A program made the position numbers and the translations under genes. This document shows positions 1 to 8,710 of a stretch of DNA of 26,445 bases, in pieces; the stretch's first letter is position 1; every line of letters starts with the position of its first letter. The DNA is from a virus (Duplodnaviria > Caudoviricetes), in IMG/VR virus record IMGVR_UViG_3300020161_000014, positions 1 through 26,445 of that record; one strand, written 5' to 3'. Under the pieces are notes generated by a model. That model made no database searches, was not told the origin of the DNA, and saw only the letters and a program-made list of their open reading frames with translations.

Positions 1-1
1 C

Positions 2-235
2 AAACAGATGGCTGCTGCCGGCAGCACCTGGACAAGCGACGATTGGAAGCGACTCTTGATTGACCAATGGGCGCACGACACAAACCGCAAGATTGGCAAG
101 GTCTGCCCCAGCCTGGACGGGGAGCGAATTGTTCAGCTTGGTCTGCAAAGCCACAAATTCACCACCAGTGAGAGCAGCGAGTTCATTGAATTCTTGCTGG
201 CCTGGTCAGCAGATAAGGGCATTGATGTTTCCTAA
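2..235 (+). CDS. ninB: NinB/Orf-family recombination protein, 5'-truncated by the window edge
   Basis: Frame is open to the window edge. W..DDWKRL..PSLDG..VQLG..S..F...E.SEFIEFL.AW....G matches the NinB C-terminal pattern. Confidence 0.7.
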   Translation, partial: KQMAAAGSTWTSDDWKRLLIDQWAHDTNRKIGKVCPSLDGERIVQLGLQSHKFTTSESSEFIEFLLAWSADKGIDVS

Positions 236-500
236 ACACAGCTACGTGCGCGACAAGGAATTGCTTAAAAAAGTAGCACAGCTTGATTGCCAGCATTGCG
301 GAAGCGGTGAAATGGTGCAGGCAGCGCATAGCAATTGGGGCGGCGGTAAGGGCCGAGGGATCAAGGCAGATGACAACCTGGTGGCCGCACTGTGCTTGAA
401 ATGCCATTGGGAAATAGACCAAGGTGTTAAACTGACTAAACTCGAAAGGCAAGAAATGTGGCAGAAAGCGCATGAGAAAACCAAGGCGGCGCTGCAATGA
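225..500 (+). CDS. Small Zn-binding HNH-like nuclease (DUF1364/DUF968-like), 91 aa
   Basis: ATG at 225 overlaps the ninB end. Motifs CQHCG, AAHSN, GRGIKADD and LCLKCH. Confidence 0.7.
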   Translation: MFPKHSYVRDKELLKKVAQLDCQHCGSGEMVQAAHSNWGGGKGRGIKADDNLVAALCLKCHWEIDQGVKLTKLERQEMWQKAHEKTKAALQ

Positions 501-670
501 TCAGGACGATTATTGTTAGGTTGTATGCGGTACTTGGCGCACTGATCTTGCTGGGCGGCATTGCAATGATGACCGACAGATTCATAATGGGTCTATTCAT
601 GCTGGGTCTGCTTGGCATTCCGTGGCTGCTGCTGCTCTGGTGTTTTTGGCCATTTTTCAAGAAAATATGA
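497..670 (+). CDS. Small two-TM membrane protein, 57 aa (MIRTIIVRLYAVLGALILLGGIAMMTDRFIMGLFMLGLLGIPWLLLLWCFWPFFKKI)
   Basis: Translated by hand; below the ORF-track cutoff. ATGA overlaps at both ends (497-500 and 667-670). Two hydrophobic stretches. Confidence 0.7.
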   Translation: MIRTIIVRLYAVLGALILLGGIAMMTDRFIMGLFMLGLLGIPWLLLLWCFWPFFKKI

Positions 671-1920
671 AACAGAACCCCGCTGACAAAGTAGAACAGT
701 GGTCAATTGATCGACTGATTCCATATGCAAACAATGCCAGGACACACAGCGCCGATCAAGTAGCGCAGATCGCAGCCAGCATCAAGGAGTGGGGATGGAC
801 AACCCCTGTGCTGGTAGATGAAACCGGCAGCATCATTGCCGGCCACGGGCGTACACTTGCAGCCAGGCTGCTGAAAATGACTGAAATCCCTGTAATGGTG
901 GCAGACGGTTGGAGTGATGCCAAGAAACGCGCATACATCATTGCTGACAACAAGCTGGCGCTGAATGCAGGCTGGGACAATGAAATGCTGGCGCTGGAGC
1001 TGGGTGAGATTGGTGAACTAGGGTTTGATCTTGATTTGACGGGATTTACAGCCGACGAGATCGCAGCCTTGATGCCTGAGCAGATAGAGCCTGGCCTGAC
1101 CGACGAGGATGCGGTGCCAGAAGTGCCTGAGCAGCCGGTCACGGTGCTGGGCGATGTTTGGGTGCTGGGGAAGCATCGGCTGATGTGCGGAGATTCGACC
1201 AGCATTGATGACCTGACCAAACTCACTGGCGGTCAGTTGGTGGACATCTGGCTGACAGATCCACCTTACAACGTGGCGTACGAAGGCGGCACAAAGGAAA
1301 AGCTGACCATCAAGAACGACGAGATGGGCGACGATCAGTTTCGACAGTTCTTGCGCGACGCCTACACGGCTGCCGACATGGTGATGAAACCCGGCGCGGT
1401 GTTTTACATCTGGCACGCTGACAGCGAGGGCTACAACTTCCGAGGCGCTGCCAAAGACGCTGGCTGGACGGTGCGGCAGTGTTTGATCTGGAAGAAGTCC
1501 TCCCTCGTCATGGGGCGGCAGGACTACCACTGGAAACACGAGCCTTGCCTGTACGGCTGGAAAGAAGGTGCAGGCCACCTCTGGGCAGCCGACCGCAAGC
1601 AGACCACCATCCTTGAGTTCGACAAGCCAACTCGCAACGGCGAACACCCGACCATGAAACCCGTGGCTCTGTTTGAGTACCAGCTCCTGAACAACACAAA
1701 AGGCGGCGACGTGGTGCTCGACAGCTTTGGCGGCAGCGGCACCACTTTGATCACAGCCGAGAAGAACGGTCGAGTCGCAATGCTGATGGAACTCGATCCA
1801 CGTTATTGCGACGTCATCGTGAAACGCTGGCAGCAATTCACAGGCAAAATAGCAATTCACGCAGAAACTGGACAACCTTTCGCGGAGGTTACAAATGGCA
1901 ACCAAGAAGCAAGCCATTGA
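667..1920 (+). CDS. ParB-like N-terminal domain fused to a beta-class N6-A/N4-C DNA methyltransferase
   Basis: ParB-like motifs LIPYANNARTHS, IIAGHGR and IADNKL. MTase motif IV DPPY precedes motif I FGGSGTT; also HPTMKP and ELDPRY. ATG 667 chosen from the ATGA overlap. Confidence 0.92.
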   Translation: MKQNPADKVEQWSIDRLIPYANNARTHSADQVAQIAASIKEWGWTTPVLVDETGSIIAGHGRTLAARLLKMTEIPVMVADGWSDAKKRAYIIADNKLALNAGWDNEMLALELGEIGELGFDLDLTGFTADEIAALMPEQIEPGLTDEDAVPEVPEQPVTVLGDVWVLGKHRLMCGDSTSIDDLTKLTGGQLVDIWLTDPPYNVAYEGGTKEKLTIKNDEMGDDQFRQFLRDAYTAADMVMKPGAVFYIWHADSEGYNFRGAAKDAGWTVRQCLIWKKSSLVMGRQDYHWKHEPCLYGWKEGAGHLWAADRKQTTILEFDKPTRNGEHPTMKPVALFEYQLLNNTKGGDVVLDSFGGSGTTLITAEKNGRVAMLMELDPRYCDVIVKRWQQFTGKIAIHAETGQPFAEVTNGNQEASH

Positions 1921-2341
1921 AGAAAAACCAATTCAAATAAAAGGAAAGAAGGGCGGCGCACGTTATCCGAATGGCGGTGGAGCGCAACCAGGAGCAGGCC
2001 GACCAGAGTTTCAACCTACTGATGCCGAGCGCAAACAGGTAGAAGCGTTGTCAGGCTACGGATTGCCTATTGAGCAGATTGCAGTGCTAGTGCGTGATGG
2101 AATCCACATTGACACGCTTCGCGCTCACTTTGCGACTGAATTGGTGTCAGGCAAGGCTAAAGCCAATGGTCAGGTAGGCAAGACGCTATTCCAAAAAGCA
2201 ATGGGCGGCGATACAAGCGCAATGATCTGGTGGAGCAAAACCCAGATGCGATGGGCTGAAACGCAAAAGCACGAGGTGACAGGTGCAGATGGTTCACCAT
2301 TGGAATTCAGGGAAATCAAGCGCATAGTGGTTAAATCTTGA
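1895..2341 (+). CDS. terS: Terminase small subunit
   Basis: Directly upstream of terL. GAGRP motif, HTH-like core, KAMGGDTSAMIWWSK and the C-terminal EVTGADGSPL typical of TerS. Confidence 0.8.
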   Translation: MATKKQAIEEKPIQIKGKKGGARYPNGGGAQPGAGRPEFQPTDAERKQVEALSGYGLPIEQIAVLVRDGIHIDTLRAHFATELVSGKAKANGQVGKTLFQKAMGGDTSAMIWWSKTQMRWAETQKHEVTGADGSPLEFREIKRIVVKS

Positions 2342-3561
2342 CAACACTGCAACTCGAAACGCCTGAATGGGCATTGCCCCTGCTAGATCCTGCACGCTAT
2401 AAAGGCGCTTGGGGTGGTCGAGGCTCTGGCAAGAGTCATATGTTTGCCGAACTGATGATCGAGGCGCACATCATTGACCAGAAGCGAAGAAGCGTCTGCG
2501 TGCGGGAAATCCAGAAATCGCTCAATCAATCTGTCAAGCGGCTGCTGGAGACAAAGATCGAGGCCATGAACGCGGGCGCATACTTTGAAGTGCAGGATGC
2601 CGTGATCAAATCACGCAAGGGAGACGGCGCGATCATCTTCCAGGGGATGCAGAATCACACGGCAGATTCCATAAAAAGTCTCGAAGGATATGACTGTGCG
2701 TGGGTTGAGGAGGCACAGAGCCTGTCTCAGACCAGCCTTGACCTGCTGCGGCCGACAATCCGCAAGCCAGAGTCAGAGCTTTGGTTTACCTGGAACCCGC
2801 GGCAGCAGTCTGATCCGGTAGATTTCCTGCTGAGAGGCCCGACACCACCCAAGAATGCGACCGTTCTAAAGGTCAATTTCACTGATAACCCGTGGTTTCC
2901 GCAGGTACTCAGGGATGAAATGGAGTACGACAAGCGCCGAGACCCCGACAAGTATCAGCACGTTTGGCAAGGCAGCTACCTGACCAACAGCAGCGCCCGA
3001 GTATTCAAGAACTGGAAGATTGACGAGTTTGATGCAGCACCTGACGCGATCCACCGGCTGGGCGCTGATTGGGGTTTTGCGGTAGACCCGACGGTTCTGG
3101 TGCGCTGTCATATTGTTGGCAGAACGCTCTATATTGATCACGAGGCCTATATGGTTGGGTGCGAGATTGTGAACACGCCAGAGTTGTTTATGCAGGTTCC
3201 AGAGGCCGAGAAATGGCCAATCGTGGCAGATTCAGCCAGGCCCGAGACAATCAGCCATATGCGGAAGAACGGCTTTCCAAAGATCATGACGGCGGTAAAA
3301 GGCCCAAAATCGGTAGAGGAAGGCGTCGAGTTTCTTAAGGGATACGACATTGTTGTTCACCCTCGCTGCACGCATACGATTGACGAACTCAGCCTGTACA
3401 GTTACAAGCAAGACCCGCTGACGGGTAAAATCCTGCCGGTGCTGGAAGACAAGAAGAATCACGTTATTGACGCCCTGCGATATGCTTGCGAGGGAATCAG
3501 ACGCGCAATTGTTGTCAAACCGCAAACCTTCGTGCCATTGCCGACGATGCACAAATGGTAG
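2338..3561 (+). CDS. terL: Terminase large subunit, PBSX/Sf6-like
   Basis: Walker A GGRGSGKS, Walker B AWVEEAQ, TWNP coupling motif, nuclease motifs GADWGF..DP and NHVIDALRYA. TTG start overlaps the terS stop. Confidence 0.95.
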   Translation: MTTLQLETPEWALPLLDPARYKGAWGGRGSGKSHMFAELMIEAHIIDQKRRSVCVREIQKSLNQSVKRLLETKIEAMNAGAYFEVQDAVIKSRKGDGAIIFQGMQNHTADSIKSLEGYDCAWVEEAQSLSQTSLDLLRPTIRKPESELWFTWNPRQQSDPVDFLLRGPTPPKNATVLKVNFTDNPWFPQVLRDEMEYDKRRDPDKYQHVWQGSYLTNSSARVFKNWKIDEFDAAPDAIHRLGADWGFAVDPTVLVRCHIVGRTLYIDHEAYMVGCEIVNTPELFMQVPEAEKWPIVADSARPETISHMRKNGFPKIMTAVKGPKSVEEGVEFLKGYDIVVHPRCTHTIDELSLYSYKQDPLTGKILPVLEDKKNHVIDALRYACEGIRRAIVVKPQTFVPLPTMHKW

Positions 3562-3585
3562 AAAATCGGACAAACAAGGACAAAT

Positions 3586-5625
3586 ATGGCCAGAATACCG
3601 ACCGAACAACGCCTTGCCAATCTGCATGACGAAGCGCTGCGGCAGTTCAATGACATCCAGACCGCACTGCGTGACGAGCGCCTGCAATGCCTACAAGACC
3701 GGCGTTTCTACAGCTTGTGTGGGGCGCAATGGGAAGGGCCGCTGTACGACCAATACGAAAACAAGCCGAAGTTTGAAGTAAACAAAATCATGCTGGCGGT
3801 CATTCGGATCGTCAACGAGTACCGTAACAACCGCATTACAGTCGATTATGTAAGCAAGGACGGCACAGAGAACGACAAGCTGGCCGAAGTCTGCGATGGC
3901 CTGTACCGTGCCGATGAGCAGGCATCCGTGGCTGACGAGGCGTATGACAACGCTTTCGAGGAAGCTGTGGGCGGTGGCATTGGGGCCTGGCGGTTGCGAA
4001 CAGTCTACGAAGACGAGGAAGACGACGAGAACGACAAACAGCGCATCCGAATCGAGCCAATCTACGATGCCGACAGTTCAGTATTCTTTGACCTGAACGC
4101 CAAGCGCCAGGACAAGTCAGACGCCAAATTCTGCTTTGTGGTCACCAGCATGACCCGAGACAGTTACAAGGAAATCTATAACGACGATCCGACAGACTGG
4201 CCGAAGATCATCCACCAATATGAGTTTGATTGGGCAACGCCTGATGTTGTCTTCGTTGCTGAATACTACAAGATTGAGGAAAAGACCGAGGTTATCCGCA
4301 TCTTCGAGGCCATTGATGGTACGGAGGAACGGTACAGCCAGACCGATTTTGCGAACGATGAGACGCTAGAAGAAACCCTGATGGCAGTCGGTAGCCGTGA
4401 AGTGCGCCAAAAGCGCGTTAAGCGGATGCGCGTTCGCAAATACATTATGTCGGGCGGCAAGGTGCTGGAAGACGCTGGTTACATTGCTGGCAAGTGCATT
4501 CCCATCGTCGTGGTTTACGGTAAGCGCTGGTTTGTGGATAACGTCGAGCGCTGCATGGGTGCGGTCAGGCTTGCCAAGGATGCACAGCGCCTGAAGAATA
4601 TGCAGCTGTCCAAGCTGGGCGAGATCTCGGCACTGTCAAGCATTGAGAAACCCATCATGACGCCAGAGCAGGTTGCCGGCCACCAGGTGATGTGGGCAGA
4701 AGACAATCTGAGGGATTATCCGTACCTGCTGATTAACCCTGTCACTGGTGCTGATGGTGGAACACAAATCAGCGGCCCGGTTGCTTACACCAGGTCAGCA
4801 GCAATCCCCCCGGCAATGGCCGCACTCTTGACGATTACTGAACAGGATATGCAGGACATTCTTGGCAACCCGCAAGGCGCTGACAAGATGGTTTCGGGAA
4901 TGTCTGGTAAAGCGGTGGAGATGATCCAGACCCGCGTAGATATGCAGACGTTCATCTACATGAGCAACTTTGCAAAGGGCATGAAGCGCTGCGGCGAAAT
5001 CTGGCTGTCAATGGCACGAGATGTTTATACCGAAGACAAGCGACGGATGAAGACGATTGCGTCAACTGGCGAGGCCGGCACGATAGAACTAATGCAGCCA
5101 ATGATCGACCAGGAGACCGGCGCTATGAAGATGGCCAACGACTTGAGCGAGGCGACCTTTGACGTGGTGGCAGAAGTCGGGCCATCCAGCAGCAGCAAAC
5201 GCGCAGCCACGGTCCGAGCGCTAACAGGGATGATGCAAATTACACAAGACCCTGAAACGCAACAAGTATTGACCGCAATGGCGATGATGAATATGGAAGG
5301 CGAAGGCGTCAGCGATGCCAATGCCTATTTCCGCAAGAAGCTGCTGAGAATGGGCGTGGTTAAGCCAACGGATGACGAGGCCGAGGAAATGATGGCAGAA
5401 ATGCAAGGCCAGCCGCAAGACCCGAATACGATGTATCTGCAAGCAGCAGCAGAGGAAGCAAGCGCCAAAGCAGCCAAGGCCAGGGCAGATACAGTGGAGA
5501 CCATTGCTAGTGCCGAATTGAAAAACGCGCAGACGATGCAGACACTCAGTAAGGTTGAGAACGACGACCAGACCCTGGCTATCAACAGCGCCAAAACCAT
5601 CCAAGAGATGATGCGAAATGGCTGA
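3586..5625 (+). CDS. P22-like portal protein
   Basis: 679 aa, follows terL. Motifs GAQW, KPKFEVNK, GGIGAWR, IPIVVVYG and AKDAQRLKN, plus a helical C-terminal barrel region. AAGGA SD. Confidence 0.92.
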   Translation: MARIPTEQRLANLHDEALRQFNDIQTALRDERLQCLQDRRFYSLCGAQWEGPLYDQYENKPKFEVNKIMLAVIRIVNEYRNNRITVDYVSKDGTENDKLAEVCDGLYRADEQASVADEAYDNAFEEAVGGGIGAWRLRTVYEDEEDDENDKQRIRIEPIYDADSSVFFDLNAKRQDKSDAKFCFVVTSMTRDSYKEIYNDDPTDWPKIIHQYEFDWATPDVVFVAEYYKIEEKTEVIRIFEAIDGTEERYSQTDFANDETLEETLMAVGSREVRQKRVKRMRVRKYIMSGGKVLEDAGYIAGKCIPIVVVYGKRWFVDNVERCMGAVRLAKDAQRLKNMQLSKLGEISALSSIEKPIMTPEQVAGHQVMWAEDNLRDYPYLLINPVTGADGGTQISGPVAYTRSAAIPPAMAALLTITEQDMQDILGNPQGADKMVSGMSGKAVEMIQTRVDMQTFIYMSNFAKGMKRCGEIWLSMARDVYTEDKRRMKTIASTGEAGTIELMQPMIDQETGAMKMANDLSEATFDVVAEVGPSSSSKRAATVRALTGMMQITQDPETQQVLTAMAMMNMEGEGVSDANAYFRKKLLRMGVVKPTDDEAEEMMAEMQGQPQDPNTMYLQAAAEEASAKAAKARADTVETIASAELKNAQTMQTLSKVENDDQTLAINSAKTIQEMMRNG

Positions 5626-6451
5626 TCCATTCTTCAAGGATTTGGCGTTTGCTGCCCTGGCGCAGACGGCACGCAATCCGACCCGTGACTTTTTGCAGGC
5701 AACACCACGCAATTCAATTTTAGGATTTTTGTCAGACCTTGCCGCAGCAAGCTACAGCCCAGAGCGAACACAGCAAATGCAAGGCGTAGCGCAATTTATG
5801 GGCGCACCAGCAATCAGTCAAACGCTTGACAGGCTTTCATACGGTGAACCATTGACAACCGGAGCAGGCGGCATGGGAGGAACTACACGCATCCGACCTG
5901 AAGCACTTGAGGCAGCTATGACGTTAGCCCCGATGGTTGCACCAACCGCACGGATGGCAGGAGCAGGTGCTAGAGAACTAGGCCCGACGGCTGCTAGGAT
6001 GGGTGAAAGTTACTTGCAGCGCCAGGGCTTGATGCCTAGCATCGTTCCAAAAGTAGATGAAACCTTCGCAGGGTTTGCCACACCAGAGCAATACGCAGCA
6101 GCAAAATTCCAAAGCAGCATGGATACAGTACGCTGGCCTGCGGCATGGCAAAGAGCCGGAGCAGTAACGCCAGAGGAAATACTGCAAAAGAAAGGAATCA
6201 CCCAGCCACCACCAACACAGCGCGATAAGGATTTATATTTATTGGAAAGCCGATTCTCTGGATACATGGATGCGTCAAAAGCACGTCAATTTCTTGAAAA
6301 CGATATGCTCAAAGCAACTAAAAAAGAAAAGGATTTGCTTAGAAAGTATTACGACGCATCAGGTAAATTTATTGCACGAGAGGAAGTGCCCGTCCAGCAA
6401 GCCATGCAAGAATTTGAGCAAGGCCTGACCAACTTTATGGCAACACGATAA
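5618..6451 (+). CDS. Hypothetical two-part protein inserted between portal and scaffold
   Basis: 277-aa ORF overlapping the portal stop. The N-half is Ala/Gly/Met-rich; the C-half is charged and A-richer in its DNA. Confidence 0.75.
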   Translation: MADPFFKDLAFAALAQTARNPTRDFLQATPRNSILGFLSDLAAASYSPERTQQMQGVAQFMGAPAISQTLDRLSYGEPLTTGAGGMGGTTRIRPEALEAAMTLAPMVAPTARMAGAGARELGPTAARMGESYLQRQGLMPSIVPKVDETFAGFATPEQYAAAKFQSSMDTVRWPAAWQRAGAVTPEEILQKKGITQPPPTQRDKDLYLLESRFSGYMDASKARQFLENDMLKATKKEKDLLRKYYDASGKFIAREEVPVQQAMQEFEQGLTNFMATR

Positions 6452-6481
6452 CGGCATCCACCCAGCCGACTTTGGGTGAGT
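6452..6481 (+). promoter_or_regulatory. Putative H-type RNA pseudoknot, copy 1 (scaffold leader)
   Basis: CGGC-ATC-CACCCA-GCCG-ACTT-TGGGTG-AGT. CGGC/GCCG and CACCCA/TGGGTG pair crosswise. It ends 3 nt before the AAGGA SD. Confidence 0.6.
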
Positions 6482-6494
6482 TTGAAGGAAGACG

Positions 6495-7292
6495 ATGGAA
6501 AACGAAGAAGACTTGATTATCGAAGACGCGCCGGTAGAGCAGGAAGAACAGGCAGAGGAACCCGACGAGGTTGTCGTCAGCATTGGCGAGGAAGAACCGC
6601 AGCAGCAAGAAGAACCAGCCCATGCGCCAGAGTGGGTGCGTGAACTACGCAAGACAAACCGCGAACTGAAGCGGCAGAACCAAGAACTGCAAGGCCGGCT
6701 ACAACAAACAGCGCCAGTTCAGCAGGCCGTCACGCTTGGCAAAAAACCAACACTCGAAGATCACGACTACGACGCCGAGAAGTTTGAGCAATCGCTGGAA
6801 AGCTGGTATGACCGCAAACGCCAAACTGATGAGCAGCAAGCAAAACAAGATGCCGAACTGCAAAACCAGAATCGCGCCTGGCAGTCAAAGCTGGACAGCT
6901 ACACCAAAGCCAAGGCCGAATTGCGAGTGAAAGACTTTGAAGACGCCGAAGCGGTAGCGCAGGAACTGTTTAGCGTTGTCCAGCAAGGAGTTATGCTGCA
7001 AGGTGCTGATAACCCTGCCCTGGTAGTCTATGCGCTAGGCAGGAACCCAAAGAAGGCCAAAGAACTGGCAGAAATCAAAGACCCGGTAAAGTTTGCCTTT
7101 GCCGTTGCAAAACTGGAGAAAGAAATGAAAGTCACAAGTCGCAGAACAGCACCACCTCCCGAGCGTGTCGTTACAGGCACTGCCCGAAATTCTGGCTCAG
7201 TAGATTCAACGCTTGAGCGACTGCGGGAAGAAGCAGCCAGAACCGGCAATATGTCAAAAGTGGTTGCGTACAAGCGACAAAAAAAGGCATAA
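6495..7292 (+). CDS. Capsid scaffolding protein (P22 gp8-like)
   Basis: Acidic N-terminus and coiled coil. C-terminal LERLREEAARTGNMSKVVAYKRQKKA resembles the P22 coat-binding helix-turn-helix. Lies just before the coat gene. Confidence 0.85.
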   Translation: MENEEDLIIEDAPVEQEEQAEEPDEVVVSIGEEEPQQQEEPAHAPEWVRELRKTNRELKRQNQELQGRLQQTAPVQQAVTLGKKPTLEDHDYDAEKFEQSLESWYDRKRQTDEQQAKQDAELQNQNRAWQSKLDSYTKAKAELRVKDFEDAEAVAQELFSVVQQGVMLQGADNPALVVYALGRNPKKAKELAEIKDPVKFAFAVAKLEKEMKVTSRRTAPPPERVVTGTARNSGSVDSTLERLREEAARTGNMSKVVAYKRQKKA

Positions 7293-7293
7293 T
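7264..7293 (+). promoter_or_regulatory. Possible sigma70-like promoter for the coat gene
   Basis: TTGCGT (7264-7269), 18-nt spacer, CATAAT (7288-7293). Confidence 0.3.
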
Positions 7294-7302
7294 GCGCCAA
7301 AC

Positions 7303-7331
7303 GGGTATCGCTAGCCCAAATAAATAGCAGT
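7303..7331 (+). promoter_or_regulatory. Putative H-type RNA pseudoknot, copy 2 (coat leader)
   Basis: GGGT-ATC-GCTA-GCCC-AAATAAA-TAGC-AGT. GGGT/GCCC (one G-U) and GCTA/TAGC. Confidence 0.55.
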
Positions 7332-7336
7332 TGAAT

Positions 7337-7361
7337 GGCCCCCGCCAGCCCATTGGTGAGT
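7337..7361 (+). promoter_or_regulatory. Putative H-type RNA pseudoknot, copy 3 (tandem with copy 2)
   Basis: GGC-CCC-CGCCA-GCC-CAT-TGGTG-AGT. GGC/GCC and CGCCA/TGGTG (one G-U). Confidence 0.5.
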
Positions 7362-7368
7362 AGAGAAA

Positions 7369-7391
7369 GTGGCAGTAATGCCGTGTTTTTT
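7369..7391 (+). terminator. Short GNRA hairpin plus T-tract in the coat leader (weak terminator/attenuator-like)
   Basis: GTGGCA-GTAA-TGCCGT followed by GTTTTTT. Confidence 0.3.
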
Positions 7392-7411
7392 ATTCAACCA
7401 ATGGAGTTTTT

Positions 7412-8701
7412 ATGAGCAATTCATTCAGCAAAGAAGAGCGCGTAGCCTTTGAGGACATCCTCGAAGGTTTTAACGACGCTCTGGTTTTGTCCCGCAACGT
7501 CTCCGTCTACAACACTGACGGCTCGATGATGGAACGAACCAACAACGTCATCTATCGTCCCCAGCCGTACATCGCGCAGTCGTTCGATGGCATGGATCAG
7601 ACCAACAACTTTACGGCTTACACGCAGCTGTCCGTCCCGGCGACACTTGGCTTCCAGAAGTCTGTGCCGTTCATTCTGGATGCGCTGGAACTGCGTGATG
7701 CCCTGCAAGAAGGTCGCCTGGGTGATGCTGCCAAGCAAAAGCTGGCATCCGACATCAACATCGCCATCATGAACAGCGCGGCCAATCTCGGTTCGCTGGT
7801 GGTCACTGTCAGCACTGCTGCCGGCGACTACGACGACATCGCTCTGTGCGACAGCATCATGAACGAGCAGGGCGTCCAAGCCTTTGACCGTTACCTGGCA
7901 CTGTGCAGCCGCGATTACAACGGCATTGCTGGCAACATCGCTGGCGGCGCTACTGGTGGCGGTGCATCGCGTTCATTCTCTGGCAACAAGTCAAACAACG
8001 CTTTCGAGCGTTCGTATGTCGGCATGGTTGCAGGCTTTGAGACCTACAAGCTGGACTACTCCAACCGCATTTTGGCGGCTACTGGCGCAGACCCAACGAT
8101 GAGCACTCTGGCTGCGGCTAACAACTACTACGTGCCTGTGGCAACACAGACCGCAGTAACCGGAGAAACGCAGAACGTGGACAATCGTTTCCAGACGATT
8201 ACCGTGTCCAGCACCACCGACCTGCCGGCCGGGACCGCCATTGAAATCCAAGGCGTCGAAGCTGTGCATCACATCACCAAGCAAGGTACTGGATTCTCCA
8301 AAACCTTCCGTGTTGTGAGCGTAACCAATGCAACGACCTGCGTGATCACACCTCCTATCATTTCCGCACAAGGCGGGACTGATGCTGAGTTGCAATACCA
8401 GAACTGCATCGTGACAGCAGCCGCTGGTCGCACTATCAATCGCTTGAACGTGGATGACGCACCAATCAACTGCTTCTGGCAGAAAGATGCGCTGGAGATC
8501 CTCCCAGGCCGTTACGCTGTACCGTCTGATGCTGGTGTCGCAGTGATGCGTGCAAGCACCGATCAGGGCATCGAGGTGGTCATGCAGAAGCAGTACGATG
8601 TGAACACGATGAAGACCAAGTACCGCCTGGATACCCTTTTTGGCGTGGTCAATAAGCAGCCTGAGATGTCCGGCATCCTGTTGTTCAACCAAACTCCTTA
8701 A
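7412..8701 (+). CDS. Major capsid (coat) protein, P22 gp5-like
   Basis: 429 aa after the scaffold, GGAG SD. Motifs IYRPQPY, QKLASDIN, NCFWQKDALEI and C-terminal YRLDTLFGV...PEMSGILL. Strong codon bias. Confidence 0.92.
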   Translation: MSNSFSKEERVAFEDILEGFNDALVLSRNVSVYNTDGSMMERTNNVIYRPQPYIAQSFDGMDQTNNFTAYTQLSVPATLGFQKSVPFILDALELRDALQEGRLGDAAKQKLASDINIAIMNSAANLGSLVVTVSTAAGDYDDIALCDSIMNEQGVQAFDRYLALCSRDYNGIAGNIAGGATGGGASRSFSGNKSNNAFERSYVGMVAGFETYKLDYSNRILAATGADPTMSTLAAANNYYVPVATQTAVTGETQNVDNRFQTITVSSTTDLPAGTAIEIQGVEAVHHITKQGTGFSKTFRVVSVTNATTCVITPPIISAQGGTDAELQYQNCIVTAAAGRTINRLNVDDAPINCFWQKDALEILPGRYAVPSDAGVAVMRASTDQGIEVVMQKQYDVNTMKTKYRLDTLFGVVNKQPEMSGILLFNQTP

Positions 8702-8710
8702 GGAAAAATC

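Noticed and set aside
60-224. N-terminal extension of the 146-aa ORF from the track
   Set aside because: It overlaps ninB; the recognisable domain and coupled start begin at ATG 225.
1018-1917. 299-aa minus-strand ORF
   Set aside because: Antisense shadow of the GC-biased methyltransferase; no motifs.
3552-3566. TGGTAGAAAAT promoter-like string before the portal
   Set aside because: It resembles the 14819-14827 site but has no convincing -35 and overlaps the terL stop; too weak to call.
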